Virus record (IMG/VR): IMGVR_UViG_3300010944_000263
Span: 1-64,000 of that record
Direction: 5' to 3' (one strand)
From: a virus
Lineage: Duplodnaviria > Caudoviricetes
Length of the DNA stretch: 64,000 nt
This document shows, in pieces, positions 16,621 to 27,900 of the stretch. The position numbers were made by a program, and so were the translations under genes. The notes under the pieces are model-generated. The model did not search any database. It worked only from the letters and a program-made list of their open reading frames with translations, and was not told the DNA's origin. Positions within the stretch are counted from its first letter, which is position 1; each line of letters begins with the position of its first letter.

Positions 16621-17769
16621 CTAAATCTTGTACGCGACTCGAACTTGCATGTCAGCAATCTCACGCAAAATCGCATCAGCTTCCCAGTAGCCGATCTTTT
16701 CCAAGGATGACGCCCCAACTTCCAATCTGAATCTTGGAACGCCACTTCCTGGCACATCGCCCGCCACGATGTTTACGCCAGCACTCTGCAAAACGGGGCG
16801 ATCTCGCTCGTTCCACCGCTTGCACCATGAACAGAACTCATTGGAGGCGACAACAATCCTCGCCTTCGACAAGGGCTCTGGCTGGTCGTCTCGCTCGTCT
16901 TGACCGCCGCCGTGAGGAGAAAGCCCAAAAGGATCTTGGATCGCGTTAGGAACGGCGTAGAAAACATGCGACGAGTGAACCGTGGATAAATGCCGCTCCC
17001 ACGTCACCCAAAAGAATCCGCCGTCTCCTTGGCTCTTACCGTGGCTTGAGTGCTCACGGAACTCAAACCGCCCCTTTTGGCGGTTGTAACGAACGTGATC
17101 AAGATGCTCGGAATGGTTCCCAGGGCCGATATCACCGACCAAAACACCATCCTTATCGAAATTCTTCCAGTTGCGGCCGACATGGATTGCAATCACCACT
17201 GGCTTTCCAGTGACTAGCGCCGCAACAACTTCCTGTTCGCTTGGAGTCGCAAAACCCTCGTGAGCTCGAAACCGAAGGGCTTCTTTATCCGCCTGAGCTG
17301 TGTTGTACGCATTTCGCGTAATCTGCCCTTCTTTAACCATCTTGCGGGTCGCAATGCCCTTTTGAGTAATCGCTCGAAGATTGTCGCCAAGCGTACTTCC
17401 TTGGTCTCGGCCGCCGTTCACCAGCGAGTAAAGATAGTCGTCGGACAACTCAATCCGAGGCTGACCGCTCACGTACCGAGCCTTTTCCTCAGCGTACGTG
17501 GCTGCACTCGACGCGCACTTGCCCCAACCGTTCTGATTCTTCGTCCACGACGAATCGTAATGAGCCATCCCGCCAACGTTGCGCTGATACTCATCGGATT
17601 CAACAAGATTGATCAACTCAGAGCGACTTGGAAGGCTACCGAGAGACTGACAGAGAGTCATTAGCCGCGGTGGATCGGGATCAGGAAGCAATCCAAGGCA
17701 GTGCACAATACCATCAGGGGAGACAACAGCATCTTTTCCATCACGGAAAATAATTTCGCAACTACTCAC
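16621..17769 (-). CDS. Papain-like (C1) cysteine peptidase fused to a thioredoxin-like CxxC domain
   Basis: KNQNGWGKCASSA (oxyanion Gln, catalytic Cys); LSDDYLY; GNHSEH; HSSHG..GDGGFFWV (Asn position is Ser); C-terminal FCSWCKRW...GVP. Confidence 0.8.
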   Translation of the reverse strand: MSSCEIIFRDGKDAVVSPDGIVHCLGLLPDPDPPRLMTLCQSLGSLPSRSELINLVESDEYQRNVGGMAHYDSSWTKNQNGWGKCASSAATYAEEKARYVSGQPRIELSDDYLYSLVNGGRDQGSTLGDNLRAITQKGIATRKMVKEGQITRNAYNTAQADKEALRFRAHEGFATPSEQEVVAALVTGKPVVIAIHVGRNWKNFDKDGVLVGDIGPGNHSEHLDHVRYNRQKGRFEFREHSSHGKSQGDGGFFWVTWERHLSTVHSSHVFYAVPNAIQDPFGLSPHGGGQDERDDQPEPLSKARIVVASNEFCSWCKRWNERDRPVLQSAGVNIVAGDVPGSGVPRFRLEVGASSLEKIGYWEADAILREIADMQVRVAYKI

Positions 17770-18448
17770 CTGTCACCTCCTTTAAGATCGCTTTCAAGTC
17801 ATCAACCGACTTTGGCGCTGAAAACACACGGTAGCTGTTCGCGTCCTGACTTAAGATCAGCGACGGCAATTCCTTGGTAACAGACAAAAACGGCTTGGCT
17901 GCCTCAAGCTCATCGTCATAGGCAGCGATTTTAATACCGCGAGACTCCAGCATTTTGCGAGTTTCGATAGACAATCGAGTATTCGTTTGCGGAATCTGAT
18001 TGATCGCATCGCCCTGCTCGTAAATCCAGACAGCCCACGCCGGCTTGAACTTCGGGTCAGGCTTTGGAGTAGGGGACGGCTTTGGTTCAGGCTTGGGAGG
18101 CTGAGGATCTGGACGAGGATTGACCTCGCCCTCAGAAACAACCTTTAGCAACGTCGATTCACCAGCCGTGATGAGATAATCACCAGGAGGAGCCGCGAAA
18201 ATGGTGTACGAATCAAATCGCTCGAAGTGATCTTCAGATAGATACGTCCACGATACCGAGCCAGCCACCACGTTAGCGTAGATCGCTTGAACCTTCGCGC
18301 CAGCCGGATGATTGATTTTCACTGGACGATCGCGCTTGGCAATCGCCGGAGCCTCCACTTTGTAATGCACCGGCTTGTCTTGCGAGATTCCGTTGATACC
18401 GGAACACAAAGCAAGGCACATCACCAAAACGTAAGAAAGGTTGTTCAT
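17762..18448 (-). CDS. Secreted protein with a Pro-rich linker and a thioredoxin-like C-terminal fold lacking CxxC
   Basis: Signal peptide; PDPQPPKPEPKPSPTPKPDP linker; ELPSLIL. Confidence 0.65.
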   Translation of the reverse strand: MNNLSYVLVMCLALCSGINGISQDKPVHYKVEAPAIAKRDRPVKINHPAGAKVQAIYANVVAGSVSWTYLSEDHFERFDSYTIFAAPPGDYLITAGESTLLKVVSEGEVNPRPDPQPPKPEPKPSPTPKPDPKFKPAWAVWIYEQGDAINQIPQTNTRLSIETRKMLESRGIKIAAYDDELEAAKPFLSVTKELPSLILSQDANSYRVFSAPKSVDDLKAILKEVTGE

Positions 18449-18486
18449 GTTTGATCCTCTGCCTCAAACGCCAATCGAACCGGAAA

Positions 18487-18894
18487 CTACGAAACTTGAC
18501 CGAGCGTAATCTCGGTGCCGTCGTCATCAACACACACTTGGCTATCACGGATGATGTCCAAGACTTCCTTGGCGATGCTGACAGCTTCCTCAAGGTTGAT
18601 GCAACTCAGGATGTCAAAGATCGAGCAATCGCCATCTGGGCATCGCTTACACTCTTGAAAAAGAGCCATGATCCTTTTTCCGACCGCAAGCACTCTCGCC
18701 ATCGGAAAGCACCTAAGAAAGCTGAGCATATCCAAAATACCCATGCTAACCTTGGGGCTACTCAGTTTGACCGTCAACGCGGACGCATCGGCAAGCGGAG
18801 CGTCACAAATACCATCTGGGCAATCGTCGTGCTTACGAACAGTCTTTAGAAACACAGAAACAAGCTGAACAATCAGCAACAGAAAATTCGACAT
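18487..18894 (-). CDS. Cys-rich hypothetical protein with N-terminal hydrophobic segment
   Basis: CPDGIC and CKRCPDGDC motifs; GAGGT SD before ATG 18894. Confidence 0.6.
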   Translation of the reverse strand: MSNFLLLIVQLVSVFLKTVRKHDDCPDGICDAPLADASALTVKLSSPKVSMGILDMLSFLRCFPMARVLAVGKRIMALFQECKRCPDGDCSIFDILSCINLEEAVSIAKEVLDIIRDSQVCVDDDGTEITLGQVS

Positions 18895-18980
18895 GCTACA
18901 CCTCTGAAAAAGGGAAACCTGAGCGCGACACAGCGTCACGCTCAGAATAATACCAAAACACGCAACTGAACGAAACAATA

Positions 18981-21900
18981 CTACCTTGAAAACACCTTGC
19001 GAAGTTGCTGCAGCCGATCGCTCAAAGCGGCCTTGTACACCGGAACACCGCCACGCATCTCTTTAGCCGATCCGTAGGTAGACTCCCAGTGCTTAATCAA
19101 CAATCGCCTTGCTTCCGTCAACGTTATCCCTGACCGCTTGAGTGATTCAATCGCTGCTTTTTGCTCACTGACCGACTGATTGAAAGACTCAACAGACTTA
19201 GCGGCCTTGCGATTCGGAACGGTTGAAGCTGCATAAACCAAGCTCTGCTGCTTTTCTTCTCGACGCCGACTGATCTGAGTGAGCTGCTCCCGAGTCAGAT
19301 ACTCTTTGTACTGAGGATCTGGAGAATCGAACTTCATCCGCTTAAGATCCTTTTCAAACAACTCCTTTCGCTTTTCTGGAGTCGCTGTGCGATACTTCGA
19401 CTCAGGTCCATAGGTGCTAGCGCCCATACCATGCAGAGATAGTAGAGTAATTAGCGCGCCCTGCGGTATCCCTCTCGATTCTGCCGTCTCTCTGATTTCC
19501 CTGATGGACAGCGGGAAGAACAAATTCACTATCGAAGAGTAAGGCGTCATTGTCTGACCAACTACATTTTCCTCTGCTGCAATGTCGAACACAGCACCAG
19601 GTATAGGCGCCAACTTAGATCGCAAGAAATTACCAACAACCCCAGGAACTCCAGAACTGGCATACTGCTCATCTTCTCCTCGCAACGAAACCACCGTGCC
19701 ATCATCTCTAACTCGCTTCCCTGTTGCGATGCGGCTCGCTAGAACGATGACTTGCGACAATCCAGACATCGGGTCGATTCGCGTCTCACCAAACTTGAGC
19801 TTCAAGAGGTCGCTCGACCGAAGGTCCAGGCTAACTGTAGGCTTTTCTTCTTCGTCGTCGCCGCCTAGCAATCTGCCAAGAGCAACAGTTAGCCCCAAGA
19901 ACGACATGACGCCAGCAGCGTGCCGAGCATATTCAAGTGCAATCGCCTTCTTGACGCGACCAGACACCTTTCGACTTCCGAGCAACCACAAAGGCAACCC
20001 GAGGTACTGAAAGCGAGACGCTACGAATCGAGGGGCGAAGAACACCATATTCATCTGCTCTGCCCATCTCATCATCGGGCCAAGGTCCGATCGCCCTGTC
20101 GCCGCATTGATGTACATAGCGATTACTTTTGCCTCGTCGGCCGTAACTTGACCACCACGACCAAGGTTAGCAATCAAGTGCTTGAACAACTGGAAGCGGA
20201 TTCCATTCAGAAACGTCATGTAGCCACGAGCCGAAGCCGCAACAGGCCACAATGCGATTTTACTTTTGTCGTTAAGCCATGTTCCCTGCGCGCCGATTCC
20301 ATCTCTAGCCCATCGTCCCATGTACGCTTCTTCCTGCTTGGTAATCTTCCCTTCCTCTTCCGTGATTTGCAGGCCGGCGGTAATTGCAAACTGATACAAA
20401 TCGTCTTTTCGAATCTCTTCCGCCGTCTTGAACTCCGAAGATTTGCTCAGCATGGCTCGGTACATATCCTTCGCGACCGCTTTAGCCATCATCGGATGCC
20501 CAAACGCAACCGTACCGCCTTGACGGAACACAGCAGACGCGTCGATAGACGTCATCAGCGCCCGAGACAGGTGAGCCGTTTCTTTGATGTAGTCCCAAGC
20601 TCTTTCCCGAGGGCTCATGTTAGCCAATCGATAGTCAGAAGCCATTCGATAGAACTGATCTTTCACGTCAGCTAGCTCTCGCTTGAGATCTAATTCCTCT
20701 TGGCTTAATATTCGAACTTCTTTCCGTGGCTTTGGATCGAACTCGCTCTTAGCTATTCTCTCTTTGTAGTCTGCAATCTGCTTGAGTAAGTTCGCTTTGT
20801 ACGCTTTTTCAATCTGTTCAGGTGTACGTTTTCGAACACCAACCAACGAATCACGCTGAGCACGCAGAGCCTCAATGCGAGCTCTCTTAGCATCCAGTTC
20901 AGGAGTGGAAATTGGCTGAGCCTGCTTCTTGGCGTTGAACTCGCCTGTTCGCAACTGCTTTTCGAGGTCGGCAATTACCCTATCGAGAACACGATTAGTC
21001 GCCGCGATACGCTGATCCATCGTCGCTTCTGGCTTGGGGAACATTGCCTTGTAATCAGCCATCAGCTCATTTCTCTTTTTACGGAGATTGTCTAGCTCAG
21101 TGTCTTTGCCTGCCAAATCACGCTTTTGGCTTCCAGCAATAGGCTGCTTAGTAACGTTGACAGCCCTATCCAAGTCGTAGATTCTGTTTCGAAGAGCTGT
21201 CTTTGCTGCTCCAATAGCGGTCTTTAACTGCGTGTTTTCATCAGTAACTCGATACTTTCCGTTTCGCTTTTCTTGATTGACTTCTCGAATCAAATCTCGC
21301 AATTCATTACTTGGCTCCTGCCTTCCGAAGCCTGTCTTGGCTGGAGCAATACCCGCTTCCATGTCTTGCAACTTGGATAGCTGGAGCAACTGCGCATTGA
21401 TGTCCGCAATAATCTTGTCGTACTCGTTGTCTGATGGAGGAGAGTATTGCCCATAACCGCTCAAAGCGTCCATCGTCTCACGCTTCGAAATCTCGGGATC
21501 AATCTCCTGTAGAGACTCCCAAACACCTTGCAGCACATCATCACGCTCGGTAATGCCCGCCTCGACAAGGGAACGCTCAATCTGCTTGGCAAGCCGCGAC
21601 AAGCCTCTTGTATCGCCTTTATCCATCGCAGGAACAGGAATATCACCGTTCTCGCTCAACTCCTTCCAAGCCGTTGCAAACGCGGCACGAACCGAGACAG
21701 GAAGTTCTGCACCGAGATCCTTGCGGATGTTTGCCAAGAACTCACCTAGCGAGAATACACCGAGGTCGACGTACGCCTGAACGACTGACTTGGCTTCGCT
21801 AGCCATCATCTCATCTTCCGTCGCGTATAGAGAGCCAGTGTCGTCGGCTGAACTCAACGCAAAGACAGATGCAAACTTGTTCTTGAACGACGTGAGCTTA

Positions 21901-24900
21901 TCGACCGCCTTCTTGCGGATCGCTTCTGGAATCCGTCCGCCTTTCTTTTTGCTGTCCTCAATCTGAGCGTCAACGTTCCTTTGTCGCTCAAGGTCCAACT
22001 TCTCTTGGTTTGCTTTGGCAAGATCGCCTTCAAGCTCAGCCACCCTCGCAGCCAGTTCGCGAATCTTTGCCAACTGCTCTTCGTTCAACGCATTGCCAGC
22101 GTTTGCTACACGAGCCTTGCGAATCAAAGCAACCGAAGAGAAATCTTTAGCTAGCTCAATCTGACGAGCTACCCCAGCACGGCCCCATTCTCGACCAGCA
22201 GCCTTTGCAGCCTCCTCGATCTCAGCAAGAGCGTTCTGAATAATGTCCGTGTCTGTTAGCGCCTGAGCAGAAGCCAACGAGTCACCATTGTCCTTTGCTT
22301 TGATGAGCCTATCCGAAGCCTTGATAAGCTGGTTAGTTACTTGGCGGTAATGCAGCTGCATGACAGCAACTTCGATATTGCTCAAGTTGCGAGCCTTCTG
22401 ATTGATCTCTTTTACAAGGCGATCGCCAAGCATCGGATCATTACGGAGCATCGTTTCCGCAGCTTCCAGCCACTCTTCTTGCGTCTCCGAAGCGACGTCC
22501 ACTAAGCCTGGGACACCTCGCCGGAACCGAAGCTCATTGACAACTTCGTTCTTGATACTGGTAACGAAGTCATCATTTTTTGACAGGCTGTCAGCACTTT
22601 CGATATCGCCACTTCGCTGCACCAATTTGTCAAAAAGGGCACGCACTTCGCTTGGCAATGGACCGCCAGTGATTTGCTGAATGTTTCGGTAAACACCCTG
22701 CATCCAGCGAGCAATCTTCTGGAACAATCCTTTCAGTCCGCTGCTAGGAGGATCGATTCCTTCGAACCAGTACTGCTCCCACATCTTGGCGAACTTCTCT
22801 TCGTTCTCAACCTTCCAGACGCCGTTCTCGACGCCAATCTCCTTCTCCAGTGCGATGATTTCGGAATCCGTAATTCCAGCCCGTTCGCTTTGAGGAACCC
22901 TGCGATTGAGCAGGAATCGACGCAACGGGTGGGCAATCTCATGGATGAACGTGGACACGTCCGCTTTGTCCGTTGCACCGATGATGGCTCTGGTCGCACT
23001 GATAAACGATGTCCAACCCTTGATGTAGTCGCCTCCCCCTTGGAGAGCCATTTCCTCCAGCTTCTTCGGAACAGGCGAACCGAACGGAGCAAAACCAACC
23101 TTGTCGAACGAAAGACCAACACGCTCCATGATGTCGAGCGCCGCGTTAATCTGCTCATCGGACAGGCTAGAACTCGGGAACGCTGCCCTAGCCATCGAAA
23201 AGACTTGTTCTCGAGTTACGCCGGGAGTACCCAGGACATCGCTTGTGCTGCGAACGCCTGCGAATCCGGCAATCTGAGCCACCAGCCGCAAATAGGGTCC
23301 AATTTCGCGTGTACGACGTTCTCCGAGCGACTTGACCGAATACGCGACCAGTTTGTCGAACGAGTTTATGTTGGCGTCCATCGCAGCCATGGCGATATCG
23401 ATAGCCTGCTTCTCGATAGTCGAGTCAACGTCACCCGATTCCATCTGAGCAAGGTCGGCCGGAAGATCGCTCAACTTGTTTCCAAGGTCAGGGTTTTTAT
23501 GGAAGCTACGAAGTTCTTCTAGGTTTTTGAATATTGGCTCGCCTTGTTCATCGAGCACCTTATCAGCTCGAACGGCTACCGTATCAACACCGTCTTCATA
23601 CAAAACGTGCGTGTCAGACCTATACCCGGAAACAGCGTGCTCTTCCAATTCGAACTTGGCACCATCTGAAGACTCTTCGCCGGTTACTCTTTCTCGATAG
23701 AGCTCTGCTTGCATATCCGCCATAGCTTGCGGAACTGCAGGTCGCTTTCTCTTTTTGACGAAAATAGACGTTCCAATTGGAGCAATATTTCGGAACCAAA
23801 AAGAAGAACCTTCAGGATTAGACTCCAGTTCCGCAACCAACGCTTTTAGCTTAGCTACTTTCGCGTCTAGTTGTTGCTGCCTTACGAACGGAAGTTTCGC
23901 TGACTCATCCGCAGATTTAACAAAAGACTCCTTTTTAGCTTTTTCAGCTTTGCGAGCATCAATTCTCTTTCCAACGTTTCGCAACACACCATCCATACTA
24001 GCAAACGACGGATTGATTTCGAGAAGCATCTTTTCAGCGTGCAACTGACCACCGCTTATGAAAATGCTTACGCCTCTATACTCAGCAACCTTTCGCTTGT
24101 CAGACGCTTTTACGCGATCCTCGGTCGATTGCGTACGTCCATATCTCTCGACAATCATCTCCAGAGCGTCCGTAATAGCCTCAGCCCCAGAGATGTTCTT
24201 ATCAGCAACCTTTATCAAGTCGCTCAACACCATCGTAGGCTCAACGGACTTGCCTGACTCTGATTTTTGAGGACGTGAATCCTGGTATGCCTTCTGAATT
24301 GCAGACAGATCATCAATCTCTCTTGTAAGACGAGGAATGTCTCCTGTCTTTTGCTTATGCGCCTCCCAAAGAGAATCTTGAATTGTTCGGTAGTGCCTGT
24401 CCTTGGCTTCCTTTAACTTGACGATTTCTCTTTCGAGACGGAATCGCTGCTGAATACGAGGATCTCCTACCGCAGCCGAAAACGTCGCTTCAAAATCTCC
24501 TTCGCCTTCTTCATCCATATCGACATCACTCATGTCGATAATTCGCTCGTCTCCTTTATGGTGCATGAATCGATTGATAAACCGATCCTTTGTCAAAAGA
24601 ACCTGCCATCGTCGACCGTCCTGCGGTCCTTCTGTCAGATACCGATGCTCGTGAACAGTGTTCCATCTGTTTCCTTGCCGGAATCCTCGACCGTTTCTTT
24701 GCTCAAGAGCTCCTGGCATCCAAGGAGCATCTAAATGGTGCATGGCAACAAGATTCTCCTGCGCATTGACACCAGTACCTAACGTCTCCGTTCCGCCAAT
24801 CGCGAAACGGATTTCACCCCTGTTCATTGCACGAGCTGCTTCCGCTCTCTGCTCTTTATTCATGTTTGAGAACAAGGCAATTTCACTTTCAGGAACACCT

Positions 24901-27900
24901 TCTTCCATCAGACGACGCTTAATCTCCTTACCCAAGTTGAAAATCTTGACGTTTTCAGTGATAGGCTTTCCATCGTTGTCTCTTCCAACAACCCGCTTTG
25001 CAGAATCTTTATGCCCCATCTCCATGAATATCATCTGCGTGGCTTTAGGATGCGAATAGTAGTAATCCATCGCATTCACAAGCATCTTGTTGATCTTCAA
25101 CCTTGGATCGCGAGGATCCACAAGACTAGCATCTACCCCATCCATCAAGCGAGGATCAAGAGCCAGCTTCACGCCTTCGCTATTGAGAACCAAAGGCATG
25201 TACTCTCTTGTTCGAAGAAGCTCAAACTTCGCTTTGCCTGTTGCTTGCTTAAGCGTCCTGTACCGCTCCTTTAAGTTTTCGCTCATCAGCTTTTGAATCG
25301 GCATCATCTGCAGCGTTTCGTTATGCACTTCCTTGTATGGACGACCGACAACAGGCTCTCCCTCTTCAATTCTTCCATCTTTTGTTGGTCGCGGAACAAA
25401 CTCCGGCATGTCGCTCCCGAAAACCGTATCCATGTACTGTCCGATAGATGCTCGCAATTCCGGAAGGTTTACAAAGCTAGTTAGGCGCACAAACTCTTCG
25501 TACGTTCCGCCAACAGACAGTTCGTCGCTCGTTTCCGCAGTAGCAAACGTGTTGAACCATCCATCCCAATCCTTTACTCCAACTGCTTGCATTTCATCAG
25601 GCATGATGAATCGCTGCATGTTATAGATTTCATTCAAAGTGTTTGTGACTGGAGTTCCGGTAAACAAAAACACTCCCCGTCCATTTTGCGTCCCGCGAAT
25701 GTAGTCAGACAGAAGCATTAGTGAATTGCCAATGTTACTCGACTGCTTATTCAGCCCCTTTACTTGCTGACGAGTAGCAATAGGAATTTTTTTGAAAATA
25801 TGCGCCTCGTCGACCATGAGCATATCAACACCCATGTCTTCAATGAAAATAGTAGATTCGCTAGCGGAATCCGCCTGAGCTTCTCGAATGCGCTCTCGCA
25901 AACGGAGGCGTTCCTTAACAAGCTCTTTCGCGGTTCTTTGCTTGAGCTTCTTCAAATCGTCGTCGTCTATGTTGTCTAAGTTCTCTGGCATACTGCCTTT
26001 GAACGGACTGTCGTCTTCATTGAAAGCCTCAAGCGCTGCAGCTTCCAATTGATCCATTTGCTCTTGAAGAAGCTTTTCAAGCGTCTCAGGGCGCATCTTC
26101 AGCTTATCAACAAGCGAGTGTGGAATCACAATCAAATCCCAATCCTCGGTAGCGATAGAAGCCATTGCCTGACCTTTATTCTTCGAGTCGAGATTGTCAA
26201 CATAAAGAATCTTGGCTCCAGGATAGGCTTCCTGTGCTTCTCTATACACCGCTTGCGAGTTTGCATTATGCGCAAACAACACAGGCTTGTTGGCTAAGCG
26301 AAGCCGGCGAGACTCTATTGCCAAGGCTGCCATAGTAAGCGTCTTGCCTGTACCGACCTCGTGCGCGTACAGCCCTTTCCCTGAAACAATTCCACGCCAA
26401 ACAGCCGCTTCTTGGTGCTTTCGAAGCGAAAAAGGATCTTCTCCCCTCTGTAACGCAAGACCTTCAAACAGCAAAGGAACCTTTACTTTGTTCCAATCTG
26501 GAGTTGCCACAGATCGGTGATCTTCGTTGTACGCTTGAGACAGCCTTGCAATTCGGTCGGGAGTTTGCCAAATCCAATCCTTGAACTTGTCTTTCAATTC
26601 GTCAATCTTGGCGTTAGCTTCAAACGTCGCCTCTTCGTCCTTGACGTTGTTTCCTTCTGCATCTTTATAGAAAACGGAAACACGACCGTTATTCATTGCC
26701 GCAGAAACCATCTTCGAAAACGGAACTTCCATGTGTCCGTGAGTCACAACTGCTGGAGAATTGTTTACCGATCCAGCGAAGTCTACCTTCCACCCTCGAA
26801 TAGCCTTTAGCACTCTGGTGTTTTTCGGATCCTCTCCCAATAGGTCAGCAACAAACTGCGTGTAATCCTCCGCTGGAATCCAGGGAGCGCCCATGCTTAC
26901 TTGAATTTGGTTGTAAACAAGAGGCTCTGGCATGACAGATTTTGCCGCTTCGATAGATCGCTCGAGCCCATTCACGCCTTCGTTCTTCGCAGCTTCGAGC
27001 TGACGAATCTTTCTTGCCATATTCCCTGAGAGGAATACATCCGCAGCGTCATATAGGTCTTCGCCAGTCTTGTAGATCAACCCTTCTTTCTCAAGAACAG
27101 CAATCACGTCAGCTTTCGGCATCTGCGCAGACTTCGCAACAGCATCCCAGTCAATATCCACGGAGTTGTTACGAGCCAATGCGAAAGCATCGATAGGGTT
27201 CAGTTTTTCGTTTACGCGAGGTGGCTGACGAACAGTCGTCTTGGTAAAAACAGGACGCTTCTCGTACTCTCCGTTCGCTGTTTTCATCTCCAAAGACGCT
27301 ACCGCGTTAGCTATCGCATCGCCAGAAGCCTTGAGATAACCGATAGCCTTACTTTCGGTAATTGGACCGTATTTGCCTATGAACGCATCGTAAAACTGAT
27401 TGAGCTGCTTTCGCTGCTCAGCCGCATCCTCACCCCTGCCCTGCAATTCAAGCACTTGCTCAAGAGAGTCGCGAACTTTAAGAAGCGAAACCATCTCGTC
27501 ACGAATCTTTTTGACAGTCTCTGGCTTGCTCCCAGCGCGGTACCAATTGACGTACTCTTTGAGAGGCATCAACTGCTCGCCCTTGGCAATGTACAGTTCA
27601 TCACCCTGATGAATAACTGTGTTCTGCCGAAGTTTCTTTTCGTTTGCTCTCTCTCTTCCTTCGTTCGCTGTCCTTTCAGTATTCAAAATGTTTTCAGGGA
27701 CTGACTCGATCGCTTTCTGCCATCTTTCAGCCAAGTCAGAAGGCTTGTCGACAATCATGCCAGGACGACCACTCGTTGTGCCGTTACCATAGTTGATCGT
27801 CCCCAATACGTTTTCTGGGTGCAGCTTCCAGTAGTTATTCACATCTACCTTTTGCCCAGACGGTGTATCCATCTCGATAACATCAATCCACTCCTGATTA

